A stretch of 64,000 nucleotides of DNA from Enterobacteria phage phiC600P9. The translations under genes were made by a program, and so were the position numbers. This document shows positions 27,968 through 35,916 of this stretch, piece by piece; position 1 is the first letter of the stretch, and every line of letters begins with the position of its first letter. The notes under the pieces were generated by a model. That model was not told the origin of the DNA. It ran no database searches and saw only the letters and a list, made by a program, of their open reading frames with translations. The stretch lies in the sequence record MZ681930.1; one strand, written 5' to 3'.

Positions 27968-28294
27968 TCAATTAGAAAATAAATTTATCCAAGATTGTTC
28001 TTTAATTAAAAATGGCTCAGAATCATATGCCATTAAACTCTGTGTGATTAGTCCTTTAAAAGGCCCATCAATAAATTCCATGGTAAAATATGGAATTTTA
28101 TTCATTAGCCGTGCATTAGGAGCAGTGCACAAAACTCTGCATCCTTTGAATACGCCTTTTTGTAATTTGTATTGCTTAGGATAAAATTCGCTTAAAATGT
28201 TATTTTTTGCCAAAATTTCAAAATGATTCACCAATTTATTTTTAATAGTTTTTGGTGAAAAATAAAGATATTCGAAAAGCTGAGTGTCTGTCAT
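27968..28294 (-). CDS. Hypothetical protein
   Basis: Track ORF 27968..28348 shortened to an internal ATG next to the upstream stop. Confidence 0.45.
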   Translation of the reverse strand: MTDTQLFEYLYFSPKTIKNKLVNHFEILAKNNILSEFYPKQYKLQKGVFKGCRVLCTAPNARLMNKIPYFTMEFIDGPFKGLITQSLMAYDSEPFLIKEQSWINLFSN

Positions 28295-28833
28295 CATTGC
28301 ATTCCGATTACGAAAAACTGTGGACGAGTAATACCACCAATACAACATTTAATATTACAGCAGCAGTGTACAGTGTCAATATGGACACTATAAATCTTAT
28401 CCATATCAGGAGATTTGACAGGCTCATCAATTATATACAAAATTCGCGAAAGCTTTAAACCTCTGAACTTGCTTCCTTTATTACCGATAAAACTGCGCAC
28501 AGAATCAGTAAATAAACGAAAACGTATATCATCATTAGAATAACGCGAAAATTCCTTTTTGATGCTATTTGCAGAAATTTTAGCGTAAGCTGAAGTATTA
28601 GAAAGAACAATAACTGTTCCACCGTCATACAACCAATTAGCGGCAAAATTAGTTACTGCAGTTGATTTACCGGATTGACGTCCACCATCTAGTCGAAGTG
28701 TGCAATACTGCTTAAGTAAGTCTTCAAATGGTGGGATATAATCGTTTTTACAAATTTCTTCTACTCTAGCATCAGAATAGTGTGTAAAAGCATTCATCAG
28801 GGATAGATAAGGACCAGTTAAAAATGTTCTCAT
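28294..28833 (-). CDS. P-loop NTPase-like protein
   Basis: 179 aa; Walker A GGRQSGKST and Walker-B-like LYIIDEP; Cys-rich C-terminus; ATG verified. Confidence 0.5.
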   Translation of the reverse strand: MRTFLTGPYLSLMNAFTHYSDARVEEICKNDYIPPFEDLLKQYCTLRLDGGRQSGKSTAVTNFAANWLYDGGTVIVLSNTSAYAKISANSIKKEFSRYSNDDIRFRLFTDSVRSFIGNKGSKFRGLKLSRILYIIDEPVKSPDMDKIYSVHIDTVHCCCNIKCCIGGITRPQFFVIGMQ

Positions 28834-28972
28834 TTCTTCTCTCTAAGTTTGGGCCATTCCGTGGCGCATGAATTGTCCATTTCTGTATTTACCCATTACC
28901 GCACTTGGGCTCGACCTTATTACAGTTGGCGGGAATCCCTCACAGAATCATGAGGTCCAGGTTGTTCCCATA

Positions 28973-29446
28973 TTATTTGAACGATTTAACGTACTGAATA
29001 GAACCTTTACTATTCACGAAAGCGATTTTACCATTTTTATTATACATGGTAGCAGTACGCTGATAGCCATAAGTTTGCTTACCAGATTGATAACCAACTA
29101 ATGCAAAATTATCTTCACCCATTTTATTCTGTTTAGCGCGAATGCGTTCATGACCATGTGCCATAAGAACCTTAGCATCACCAGTTGCAATGGATCGACG
29201 AGTTTTTTCATCTTCAACTGTATTAACAAAGTCGTCAAATGAATCAAATTTAGCATGAGATTTATTATACAGTTTTCCATCTACTGCATAATTATATCCC
29301 TGTACATCCATCTCAACTTCTGTACCATCATCCAATACAGCAGTGATTTTCTGTCCTTTTTTAAATTTCAAAAGATCAGTAAAAGATTCAGCAATAATTT
29401 GAGAATTAATAGCTGCTTCAGTAATAAATTCTTGATATGTTTTCAT
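28973..29446 (-). CDS. Internal head protein (CTS-bearing; ipIII-locus)
   Basis: 157 aa; N-terminal MKTYQEFITEA capsid-targeting sequence with LxE/IxE protease-site pattern; upstream of e as in T4. Confidence 0.7.
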   Translation of the reverse strand: MKTYQEFITEAAINSQIIAESFTDLLKFKKGQKITAVLDDGTEVEMDVQGYNYAVDGKLYNKSHAKFDSFDDFVNTVEDEKTRRSIATGDAKVLMAHGHERIRAKQNKMGEDNFALVGYQSGKQTYGYQRTATMYNKNGKIAFVNSKGSIQYVKSFK

Positions 29447-29462
29447 GTGTATCCTTTAATTT

Positions 29463-29780
29463 TTATTCTTTAGGGAAGTTTTTAGAATATGCATCATAAA
29501 GCTTATTTCCAATACGGCGGAAAACTCTAGCCGCAAAACGATTTTCTGGGTTTTTAATCATGATTTGCATCATATAAGTACCCGCGTCAGAAAGAGCTTC
29601 TTCATAGTACCCGTTAATTTCTTTAAGAGTCCTACGTTTACCACCAGGACCATCAACAGTGATTTTCCATTTACCTGTAGAAGTGCGACTTGGCGGCTCA
29701 ACTTGTTCAATCCAGATATAACCGCCTTCTACACGTTGTCCTGCAGCAGATTCTGCAATAAATTCTTTATAGGTTTTCAT
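29463..29780 (-). CDS. Internal head protein (CTS-bearing; ipII-locus)
   Basis: 105 aa; N-terminal MKTYKEFIAES; early promoter 38 nt upstream. Confidence 0.7.
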   Translation of the reverse strand: MKTYKEFIAESAAGQRVEGGYIWIEQVEPPSRTSTGKWKITVDGPGGKRRTLKEINGYYEEALSDAGTYMMQIMIKNPENRFAARVFRRIGNKLYDAYSKNFPKE

Positions 29781-29817
29781 GTGTTTCCTTTAAATATTTT
29801 AATTAGTAATTGTGAAT

Positions 29818-29847
29818 ATACTATCACAGTTTTAGGAGAAAGTAAAC
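29818..29847 (-). promoter_or_regulatory. T4-type early promoter
   Basis: Minus-sense GTTTACT, 17 nt, TGTGATAGTAT. Confidence 0.55.
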
Positions 29848-29851
29848 AACT

Positions 29852-30382
<531 letters not shown>

Positions 30383-30838
30383 TTAAAAGAGGTTGTTCAT
30401 TATTCGGTAAAGTGAAGGACCCATCACATATTGCCACTGAGTACGAGGAATAAGAGCAAAAGCGTCCATCTCTGGAATCATAACACCATCTTTATTTTCA
30501 AAATAAGACTCACAATGGCAATTTCTAAACATCTCATGCTCTACTGGAATCGTATAATAAAATAACTGTAAGTCTTTATTACTAGAATATTTAAATACAC
30601 CTAGGTCTTCTAGAAGGTCTGGATTATAATTGCTAAAACCGGTCTCTTCTAAACATTCTCTTCGTGCTGCATCTAGTGCGCTTAAATCAGAATTTTCTAC
30701 ACGCCCCTTTGGAATATCCCAGCGATGTGCCATCATTCCATGCTTACGAGAACCAGTAACCCGACCCATAAATAAATCTTTATCTTCTGTCATGAAGATA
30801 ATACCAGCTGATAATGTTTTCATTTTAATTTCCTGCAT
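30383..30838 (-). CDS. e.1: Nudix hydrolase
   Basis: 151 aa; Nudix box GRVENSDLSALDAARRECLEETG. Confidence 0.85.
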   Translation of the reverse strand: MQEIKMKTLSAGIIFMTEDKDLFMGRVTGSRKHGMMAHRWDIPKGRVENSDLSALDAARRECLEETGFSNYNPDLLEDLGVFKYSSNKDLQLFYYTIPVEHEMFRNCHCESYFENKDGVMIPEMDAFALIPRTQWQYVMGPSLYRIMNNLF

Positions 30839-31308
30839 TCAGTGATAAAGTTATTTAAATTTTGAGTATATTTCTTTTCATCATAAATCTTTTGCTGTCT
30901 GCGTAAACGCCATGGCATTTCAATGAACATGCGCCATATTCCTGATAATACTGCTGCTGTAAAAATATTAACAAGTATAGTTAAAAGAACCCAATCTCCT
31001 ATTCTGTCCATTGGATTTTTTATAAAAAAGTAAAATACTAACGATGATATAGGAAGACTAATGATATACCACAGAAGAACCTTCTTATCTGTGAACCAAT
31101 CAGCATTCGTTAACTTAGCGCGACCATTTTGAATACACACGAATTTATCATCTGTTACAGTAAATGGCTTAGCTGCTTGATATCCCATTCTAAACTCCCT
31201 AATCAACAAATTTTTCATATCTTCGGAACAACCATTCCAGTCAACTCTATCAACTGGAATGCCATCATCCCCATCGTCTAAGTCATACCAGCGAGTTTTT
31301 AAAATCAT
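30820..31308 (-). CDS. Membrane protein
   Basis: 162 aa with two central hydrophobic helices. Confidence 0.5.
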   Translation of the reverse strand: MILKTRWYDLDDGDDGIPVDRVDWNGCSEDMKNLLIREFRMGYQAAKPFTVTDDKFVCIQNGRAKLTNADWFTDKKVLLWYIISLPISSLVFYFFIKNPMDRIGDWVLLTILVNIFTAAVLSGIWRMFIEMPWRLRRQQKIYDEKKYTQNLNNFITECRKLK

Positions 31309-31667
31309 TTAATTTTCCTACAATCACTCACAAACTCTTTCACTGATTCATTTTCAATATAAGACATGTAGTTGTTATATTCTTTTAATTGTATTTTGTA
31401 ATCATTTTTTCTTTGCCAATTTATTTTAAAATTATCATAATGAAAATATAAAATGATACCAAAGAATGAAAATAATGAAATAATTTTAGTATAACAAAGC
31501 TCACTCCAAACTTCTGTTATATTTACTGTGCCGTTGATGTTTAAAATAAGACAGTCAATTAACAATCCAAAAAGACTACCCGCAAGAGCTGCAGCCAACG
31601 CCACAGCAAAAATTAAAAATGACTCAGAAAACGAATATTTGACTTTATTTAGTTTTGGCTTTTGCAT
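31305..31667 (-). CDS. Membrane protein
   Basis: 120 aa with two hydrophobic helices. Confidence 0.5.
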   Translation of the reverse strand: MQKPKLNKVKYSFSESFLIFAVALAAALAGSLFGLLIDCLILNINGTVNITEVWSELCYTKIISLFSFFGIILYFHYDNFKINWQRKNDYKIQLKEYNNYMSYIENESVKEFVSDCRKIK

Positions 31668-32062
31668 CGTGATTCCTTAACAAATTTCATAATTTCATCA
31701 AATTCATACGCGGCAAGTTTAAGCTGATGTTCCTTTTTAATCTTTTTACACTGTGCTTTCCAATCACGTACGCGTTTACGATAATGCCTTCCTTGATACC
31801 AGTATCCTACCCAATTTACAGGTACTAATAAAAATGGAACTATTAATGGAAGAATTAGCATTAACACAAGTATTTCGCCAGAATCAATATCAGTCATAAC
31901 ATCTAAAACACCTCCAATAATCAATAGAATTACAAATGATATGAGTATAACAGGACCTATTAACACATCAGTAGGAATTATCTGGCGCTTTAATTCATAC
32001 TTTAAGGGTTTACTTGGAAGATACATTGATGGCTTTGACATATTCTCTACATTCCTTAACAA
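31649..32062 (-). CDS. Membrane protein
   Basis: 137 aa with two hydrophobic helices; basic C-terminus. Confidence 0.5.
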   Translation of the reverse strand: MLRNVENMSKPSMYLPSKPLKYELKRQIIPTDVLIGPVILISFVILLIIGGVLDVMTDIDSGEILVLMLILPLIVPFLLVPVNWVGYWYQGRHYRKRVRDWKAQCKKIKKEHQLKLAAYEFDEIMKFVKESRCKSQN

Positions 32063-32618
32063 ATTTTTCTAGTAATAAATCGCTTTCAAAACTAGGATTT
32101 TCCACGAATTTATCAAAAAGATCATCAACAATAGTTAAGATATTCTTTTTACTAAGAATACGTTTATTTTCATGCTTCGTTTCAGAATCAACTATAAGAG
32201 TAAAGAAATATTTCTTTCCCTGAAATTTTACTGTAGTATCAATATAGAATAAATTTGACTTTTGTAAGTTACGTTTAAACCATGCGTCACTTAAACTATA
32301 AACACCGAGATAATCAAAATCGTCGTTTAAATAACATACTGTCCATTCAGGAGAAATGAAATCAGTAAATTCAACATCAAAATCACACGTCAATGAATGA
32401 ATTGATTCAATACTGTTAATAAGTATTCCAGGACGTATTAAAGACTTTTTACCTCTGGAAAATCTTCCAGAAAGACTTTCATTAGTTTCATATGAAGAAC
32501 CCCAATAATAATTACGCCCTTCTGCCATACGTTTAAGAGCATTTAATAATTGGTCTGGAACATCAACTTGTCTTTGGAATTCTTCAAACATTGAATTGAA
32601 ATCAATTTGCATTCTCAT
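32010..32618 (-). CDS. Hypothetical protein
   Basis: Track ORF, 202 aa. Confidence 0.5.
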   Translation of the reverse strand: MRMQIDFNSMFEEFQRQVDVPDQLLNALKRMAEGRNYYWGSSYETNESLSGRFSRGKKSLIRPGILINSIESIHSLTCDFDVEFTDFISPEWTVCYLNDDFDYLGVYSLSDAWFKRNLQKSNLFYIDTTVKFQGKKYFFTLIVDSETKHENKRILSKKNILTIVDDLFDKFVENPSFESDLLLEKFVKECREYVKAINVSSK

Positions 32619-32638
32619 TCTTATTTACTCCAAGTAAT

Positions 32639-32654
32639 AGGGGCCGAAGCCCCT
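32639..32654 (-). terminator. Stem-loop (GGGGC-UUCG-GCCCC)
   Basis: Hairpin aggggc-cgaa-gcccct just after the stop of ORF 32660..33253. Confidence 0.45.
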
Positions 32655-32659
32655 TATCA

Positions 32660-33253
32660 TTATTTCAGAGAATTAATGTATTCCTGAACATCGGCAGAGG
32701 TAGTTTCAACCCCAGAAATATTACCATTAAAGGTTTCAACTCGAGCAAGAGTATCTTCAATATCAACCTTAGTCAGTGCTGCAATTTCAACTACATCATC
32801 GGCAGTACTAATTCCAAGTGCATTCGCTGCACGAGTTTCACGGATATATTCCAATTTAACTGCAAGTTCTTGGCGAGCATCATCCAATTCAACTACTTTC
32901 TTGGCGATTTCAATTCGCATTTCAGCATACCCATCAGCTTTAGTAGTTAACTGTTCAGCTGTTCGACGATATAGCAAGCCGAGTTTAGCATGCATTGTTA
33001 CATCTTGACCTTCGGAAAGAAGCTTGCGAATTTCACGCTCTTTTGATTCAGCCTGTTTATTCTTTTCAATAACAAGTTCACGAATACGTTTTTCTTCATT
33101 AATAGATTTAACAGAAGCAGTTTTTAGATCTTTAATTTTATCAAGTAGTTTTGCTGCTGCAGCAGTATACTGTTCTTCAACAGATAGATTTTTAGCCATA
33201 GCAGAACCAAGTTTAGTGCGAATAAACTCAACAATTTTCTTCAGTGTGTTCAT
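32660..33253 (-). CDS. Coiled-coil protein (possible PspA/IM30-like fold)
   Basis: 197 aa, predicted almost entirely helical with heptad-like charge pattern; family assignment tentative. Confidence 0.45.
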   Translation of the reverse strand: MNTLKKIVEFIRTKLGSAMAKNLSVEEQYTAAAAKLLDKIKDLKTASVKSINEEKRIRELVIEKNKQAESKEREIRKLLSEGQDVTMHAKLGLLYRRTAEQLTTKADGYAEMRIEIAKKVVELDDARQELAVKLEYIRETRAANALGISTADDVVEIAALTKVDIEDTLARVETFNGNISGVETTSADVQEYINSLK

Positions 33254-33309
33254 AGTATTTCCTTAGGTTGGTATAATTAGATAATATCACGTTTTAATAG
33301 ATGGTAAAC

Positions 33310-33645
33310 TTATTCTTCGTCTAGCTCGTCGATAAAGACGTTGATGGCCTCGATAACGGCATCATTGATAGCTAATAAAATAAAATCATCGTCAGTACCT
33401 TTAGAAGATTCTAAAGCATTGATATATGCTTGGTTGGCGAGTTCCCAAGCCTTTTTAAAATAAGGAGCTTCATCATCAGGACAAATATCCCGCACGCCTT
33501 CAAAGATACGTTTGGCATAATCTAACACCCATTGTACAGGCATGTTTTGAGAACGTTCGTTAAACTCTTTAAAGTCCTTAGATTCAAAAAGCTCTTCAGG
33601 ATAATTATTTCTATTACAAAAAGCTTTACTAAAGTTACGTTTCAT
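33310..33645 (-). CDS. Hypothetical acidic protein
   Basis: Track ORF, 111 aa. Confidence 0.5.
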   Translation of the reverse strand: MKRNFSKAFCNRNNYPEELFESKDFKEFNERSQNMPVQWVLDYAKRIFEGVRDICPDDEAPYFKKAWELANQAYINALESSKGTDDDFILLAINDAVIEAINVFIDELDEE

Positions 33646-33701
33646 AATGTTTTCCTCATTTGTATAGGCTCATAATATCTCAATCATGAGCCTATGTAAA
33701 C

Positions 33702-33965
33702 TTATTTCATATTATTGAAATATTCTTCTGCGATTTCGTCGTTATCATGGTAAACTTTAGAAGACAGTTTAACATAACTTTCAGCAGTGAACATGTTAAT
33801 CACAACCTTTACAGTATACCACTGACCATCTTCATTACCCATTACTGCGTAAGTTTCAAACATCGGATGATCAGGACCGATAACTTTAATATCATTCACT
33901 GTACGACCAAAATCTTCTGAAACACATTTCATAAAGAAGTTGAACAGTTCACCGTAATTATCCAT
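33702..33965 (-). CDS. Hypothetical protein
   Basis: Track start 33977 is TTG; ATG 33965 has SD GGAG; 87 aa. Confidence 0.5.
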   Translation of the reverse strand: MDNYGELFNFFMKCVSEDFGRTVNDIKVIGPDHPMFETYAVMGNEDGQWYTVKVVINMFTAESYVKLSSKVYHDNDEIAEEYFNNMK

Positions 33966-34135
33966 TTCATTCTCCAAGTTGTTTTCTGTATCAGTAGTTG
34001 ATAGTTGTATAGTACCATGGAAGAACAGGGAAGTTTTAGGGAATTCTAGGGCAGGGAGGGGAAATCAAAGGATAGGATAATATATTATAAAGGGTAGAAA
34101 CTAAATGATGTCTAGAGAGGCCTGGAAAGGCCTAG

Positions 34136-34171
34136 ATACCAAAAAGCCCCAACCTTTCGGCTAGGGCTAAG
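34136..34171. repeat. 36-bp direct repeat, copy 1 (contains terminator hairpin)
   Basis: ataccaaaaagccccaacctttcggctagggctaag; matches 34691..34726 at 35 of 36 positions. Confidence 0.9.
34141..34170 (-). terminator. Rho-independent terminator (10-bp stem, GAAA loop, U5)
   Basis: Minus-sense AGCCCUAGCC-GAAA-GGUUGGGGCU followed by UUUUU, 6 nt after the stop of ORF 34176..34649. Confidence 0.7.
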
Positions 34172-34175
34172 AATG

Positions 34176-34649
34176 TTATTTGATTTGTTTAGCAGACCAA
34201 ATGCGGTCTTTAATAATTTTTTGGATGTCTTCAACATATTCAAGAGAGTGAACATGTGGGTTATCTTTGAAACTATAAGCACGAGCTAGCTTTTGGCCTT
34301 CAGTTTTGATTACTAAAAGCTCTTTAAGGATAGCTTCATATCTGGAGATAATTCCTTTAACGATATTTTTCTCTTGTGTGACTTTAGGATCTGCTTTAGG
34401 AGCAGGTTTACCCGAAGCCTTTGCAAAAGCAGCGCCAGTAGCAACTAAACTTTTCCAGGCCATACTAACTGCATTCCCTGTAAATCCTTCGGCTTTCATA
34501 TCACGAGCAAATTGGAATCGTGATTCATCGGAAGCATCTTTATAGGAATATTTACCCGCGGCAATGGCTGCTTTTGCGACAGCTTGAATTTCGGTGCTAG
34601 ATGCTTCATTTAACACCGCTTCATTTAAAAATTGAGCATATGATTTCAT
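34176..34649 (-). CDS. Internal-protein-like protein with capsid-targeting sequence
   Basis: 157 aa; N-terminal MKSYAQFLNEAVLNEA (CTS-like, LxE sites); Ala/Lys-rich; ATG verified; flanked by the 36-bp direct repeats. Confidence 0.6.
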   Translation of the reverse strand: MKSYAQFLNEAVLNEASSTEIQAVAKAAIAAGKYSYKDASDESRFQFARDMKAEGFTGNAVSMAWKSLVATGAAFAKASGKPAPKADPKVTQEKNIVKGIISRYEAILKELLVIKTEGQKLARAYSFKDNPHVHSLEYVEDIQKIIKDRIWSAKQIK

Positions 34650-34690
34650 CTTATTTCCTGTTTTAATTCGTGGTTTTAATATACTTATTT

Positions 34691-34726
34691 ATACCAAAAA
34701 GCCCCAACCTTTCGGCTGGGGCTAAG
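34691..34726. repeat. 36-bp direct repeat, copy 2 (contains terminator hairpin)
   Basis: ataccaaaaagccccaacctttcggctggggctaag; pairs with 34136..34171. Confidence 0.9.
34696..34725 (-). terminator. Rho-independent terminator
   Basis: Minus-sense AGCCCCAGCC-GAAA-GGUUGGGGCU plus UUUUU, downstream of the stable-RNA region. Confidence 0.7.
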
Positions 34727-34775
34727 CCTTGCGGCAACCTTGTCGGGGTTCCACCTGCTAAGGCAAGTGTTTGTA

Positions 34776-34866
34776 CGAAACGCCGGGACTTGAACCCGGT
34801 TATTAAGTAGTTGACGCTACTCAATATTTTTAAAAGGCCATATCTCGACCATATCCGAACGTTCCG
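34776..34866 (-). ncRNA. tRNA-like stable RNA (candidate analog of T4 species 1/2 RNAs)
   Basis: 7-bp acceptor-like stem (CGGAACG/CGUUUCG) and canonical T-arm CCGGG-UUCAAGU-CCCGG, but oversized non-canonical body (91 nt); no ORF; lies downstream of tRNA cluster. Confidence 0.4.
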
Positions 34867-34869
34867 TCA

Positions 34870-35034
34870 AAAACGCTACTCGGCTTACGGCAAAGATATT
34901 TCCTCGAATCGATAATTCGGTGCGCCGTTTCTGCTGTGATGTAAGGGGATATTAACAAATCGTAAAGATTTATTAAGACCAGTCCTTACTCAGGGAACAT
35001 CAGTCCGACGACTTACCGGTAGCGACCCGGTTTC
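34870..35034 (-). ncRNA. Second structured non-coding segment (possible stable RNA)
   Basis: 165-nt ORF-free region between ORF 35035..35385 and the tRNA-like element; boundaries not determined. Confidence 0.25.
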
Positions 35035-35385
35035 TTAATATTCTTTTAAAGCATCAATCTGTTCACGGCGTTTACGCCATAAATCAATTGCTTCATACGC
35101 GGATTCAGCATTTCGAATTGGTCGGCATTTATGTAAAGACTTGTGATTTTGATATTTTGTAGATAATGGAATTTTATCTAAAAGGTCTTTACGTTCAAAG
35201 TATTCGTAACCATCTAAACCAAATGAACGATTTTTGAGAAATTGCCAATGACCGTATTCGTTTTGGATGTAAATATAATCCGCGTGTTGATAAAGCAAAT
35301 TAGTTTCACGAGATGAGATATGGTTTTCATATTCATTGAAGTAAAATGTTAAATCATGAACTACTAAATAAACATTACCTTTCAT
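35035..35385 (-). CDS. Hypothetical protein
   Basis: 116 aa; Tyr/His-rich; ATG verified; sits between tRNA-Arg and the stable-RNA region. Confidence 0.5.
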   Translation of the reverse strand: MKGNVYLVVHDLTFYFNEYENHISSRETNLLYQHADYIYIQNEYGHWQFLKNRSFGLDGYEYFERKDLLDKIPLSTKYQNHKSLHKCRPIRNAESAYEAIDLWRKRREQIDALKEY

Positions 35386-35403
35386 ATTTTCCTCACTTAT
35401 AAT

Positions 35404-35479
35404 TGGTCGAGGCAGTAGGGATCGAACCTACGACCCAGGACTTAGAAGGTCCTTGCTCTTCCTTCTGAGCTATGCCTCG
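35404..35479 (-). tRNA. tRNA-Arg (anticodon TCT)
   Basis: Hand-folded cloverleaf: acceptor CGAGGCA/TGCCTCG, anticodon loop CTTCTAA, T-loop GGTTCGATCC, encoded CCA. Confidence 0.85.
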
Positions 35480-35483
35480 TATT

Positions 35484-35558
35484 TGGCGGACGTGATAGGA
35501 TTCGAACCTATAACCAATCGCTTAACAGGCGATCGCTCTGCCATTGAGCTACACATCC
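35484..35558 (-). tRNA. tRNA-Asn (anticodon GTT)
   Basis: Acceptor GGATGTG/CACGTCC, anticodon stem ATCGC/GCGAT with loop CTGTTAA, T-loop TTCGAAT, CCA encoded. Confidence 0.8.
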
Positions 35559-35562
35559 AAAT

Positions 35563-35649
35563 TGGTGGGGAGTGATGGAGTCGAACCACCCGAGTCGCAA
35601 TGACAATGGATTTACAGTCCACACCGCTACCTCTACGGGATAACTCCCC
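35563..35649 (-). tRNA. tRNA-Tyr (anticodon GTA), long variable arm
   Basis: 87 nt; acceptor GGGGAGT/ACTCCCC, anticodon loop CTGTAAA, long variable arm, CCA encoded. Confidence 0.8.
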
Positions 35650-35658
35650 AAATTAATT

Positions 35659-35733
35659 TGGTGGCCCTGGGTGGAATTGAACCACCATCTGGCGATTATG
35701 AGTCGCTTGCTTGAACCTTCCAGCTACAGGGCC
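35659..35733 (-). tRNA. tRNA with anticodon CAT (Met or lysidine-modified Ile)
   Basis: Acceptor GGCCCTG/CAGGGCC, anticodon loop CTCATAA, T-loop TTCAATT, CCA encoded. Confidence 0.75.
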
Positions 35734-35734
35734 T

Positions 35735-35810
35735 TGGTGCTGATTGACGGAATCGAACCGCCGACCTTCTCATTACAAGTGAGTTGCTCTACCTACTGAG
35801 CTAAATCAGC
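35735..35810 (-). tRNA. tRNA-Thr (anticodon TGT)
   Basis: Acceptor GCTGATT/AATCAGC, anticodon loop CTTGTAA, T-loop TTCGATT, CCA encoded. Confidence 0.85.
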
Positions 35811-35815
35811 AAAAC

Positions 35816-35905
35816 TGGCGGAGGCGATAGGATTTGAACCTATGAGTCGCCGGAGCGACTGCCGGTTTTCAAGACCGGTGCATTAAACCACTCTGCCACG
35901 CCTCC
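35816..35905 (-). tRNA. tRNA-Ser (anticodon TGA), long variable arm
   Basis: 90 nt; acceptor GGAGGCG/CGCCTCC, anticodon stem CCGGT/ACCGG with loop CTTGAAA, CCA encoded. Confidence 0.85.
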
Positions 35906-35908
35906 AAA

Positions 35909-35916
35909 TATTTATA
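35909..35916 (-). promoter_or_regulatory. Late promoter motif TATAAATA upstream of tRNA-Ser
   Basis: Exact TATAAATA on the minus strand, 4 nt upstream of the tRNA-Ser 5' end and overlapping the segB-like stop. Confidence 0.35.

Noticed and set aside
27591-28184. 197-aa plus-strand ORF
   Set aside because: Lies antisense to the GrcA-like gene and its neighbour; low-complexity translation with no start context; minus-strand genes explain the region.
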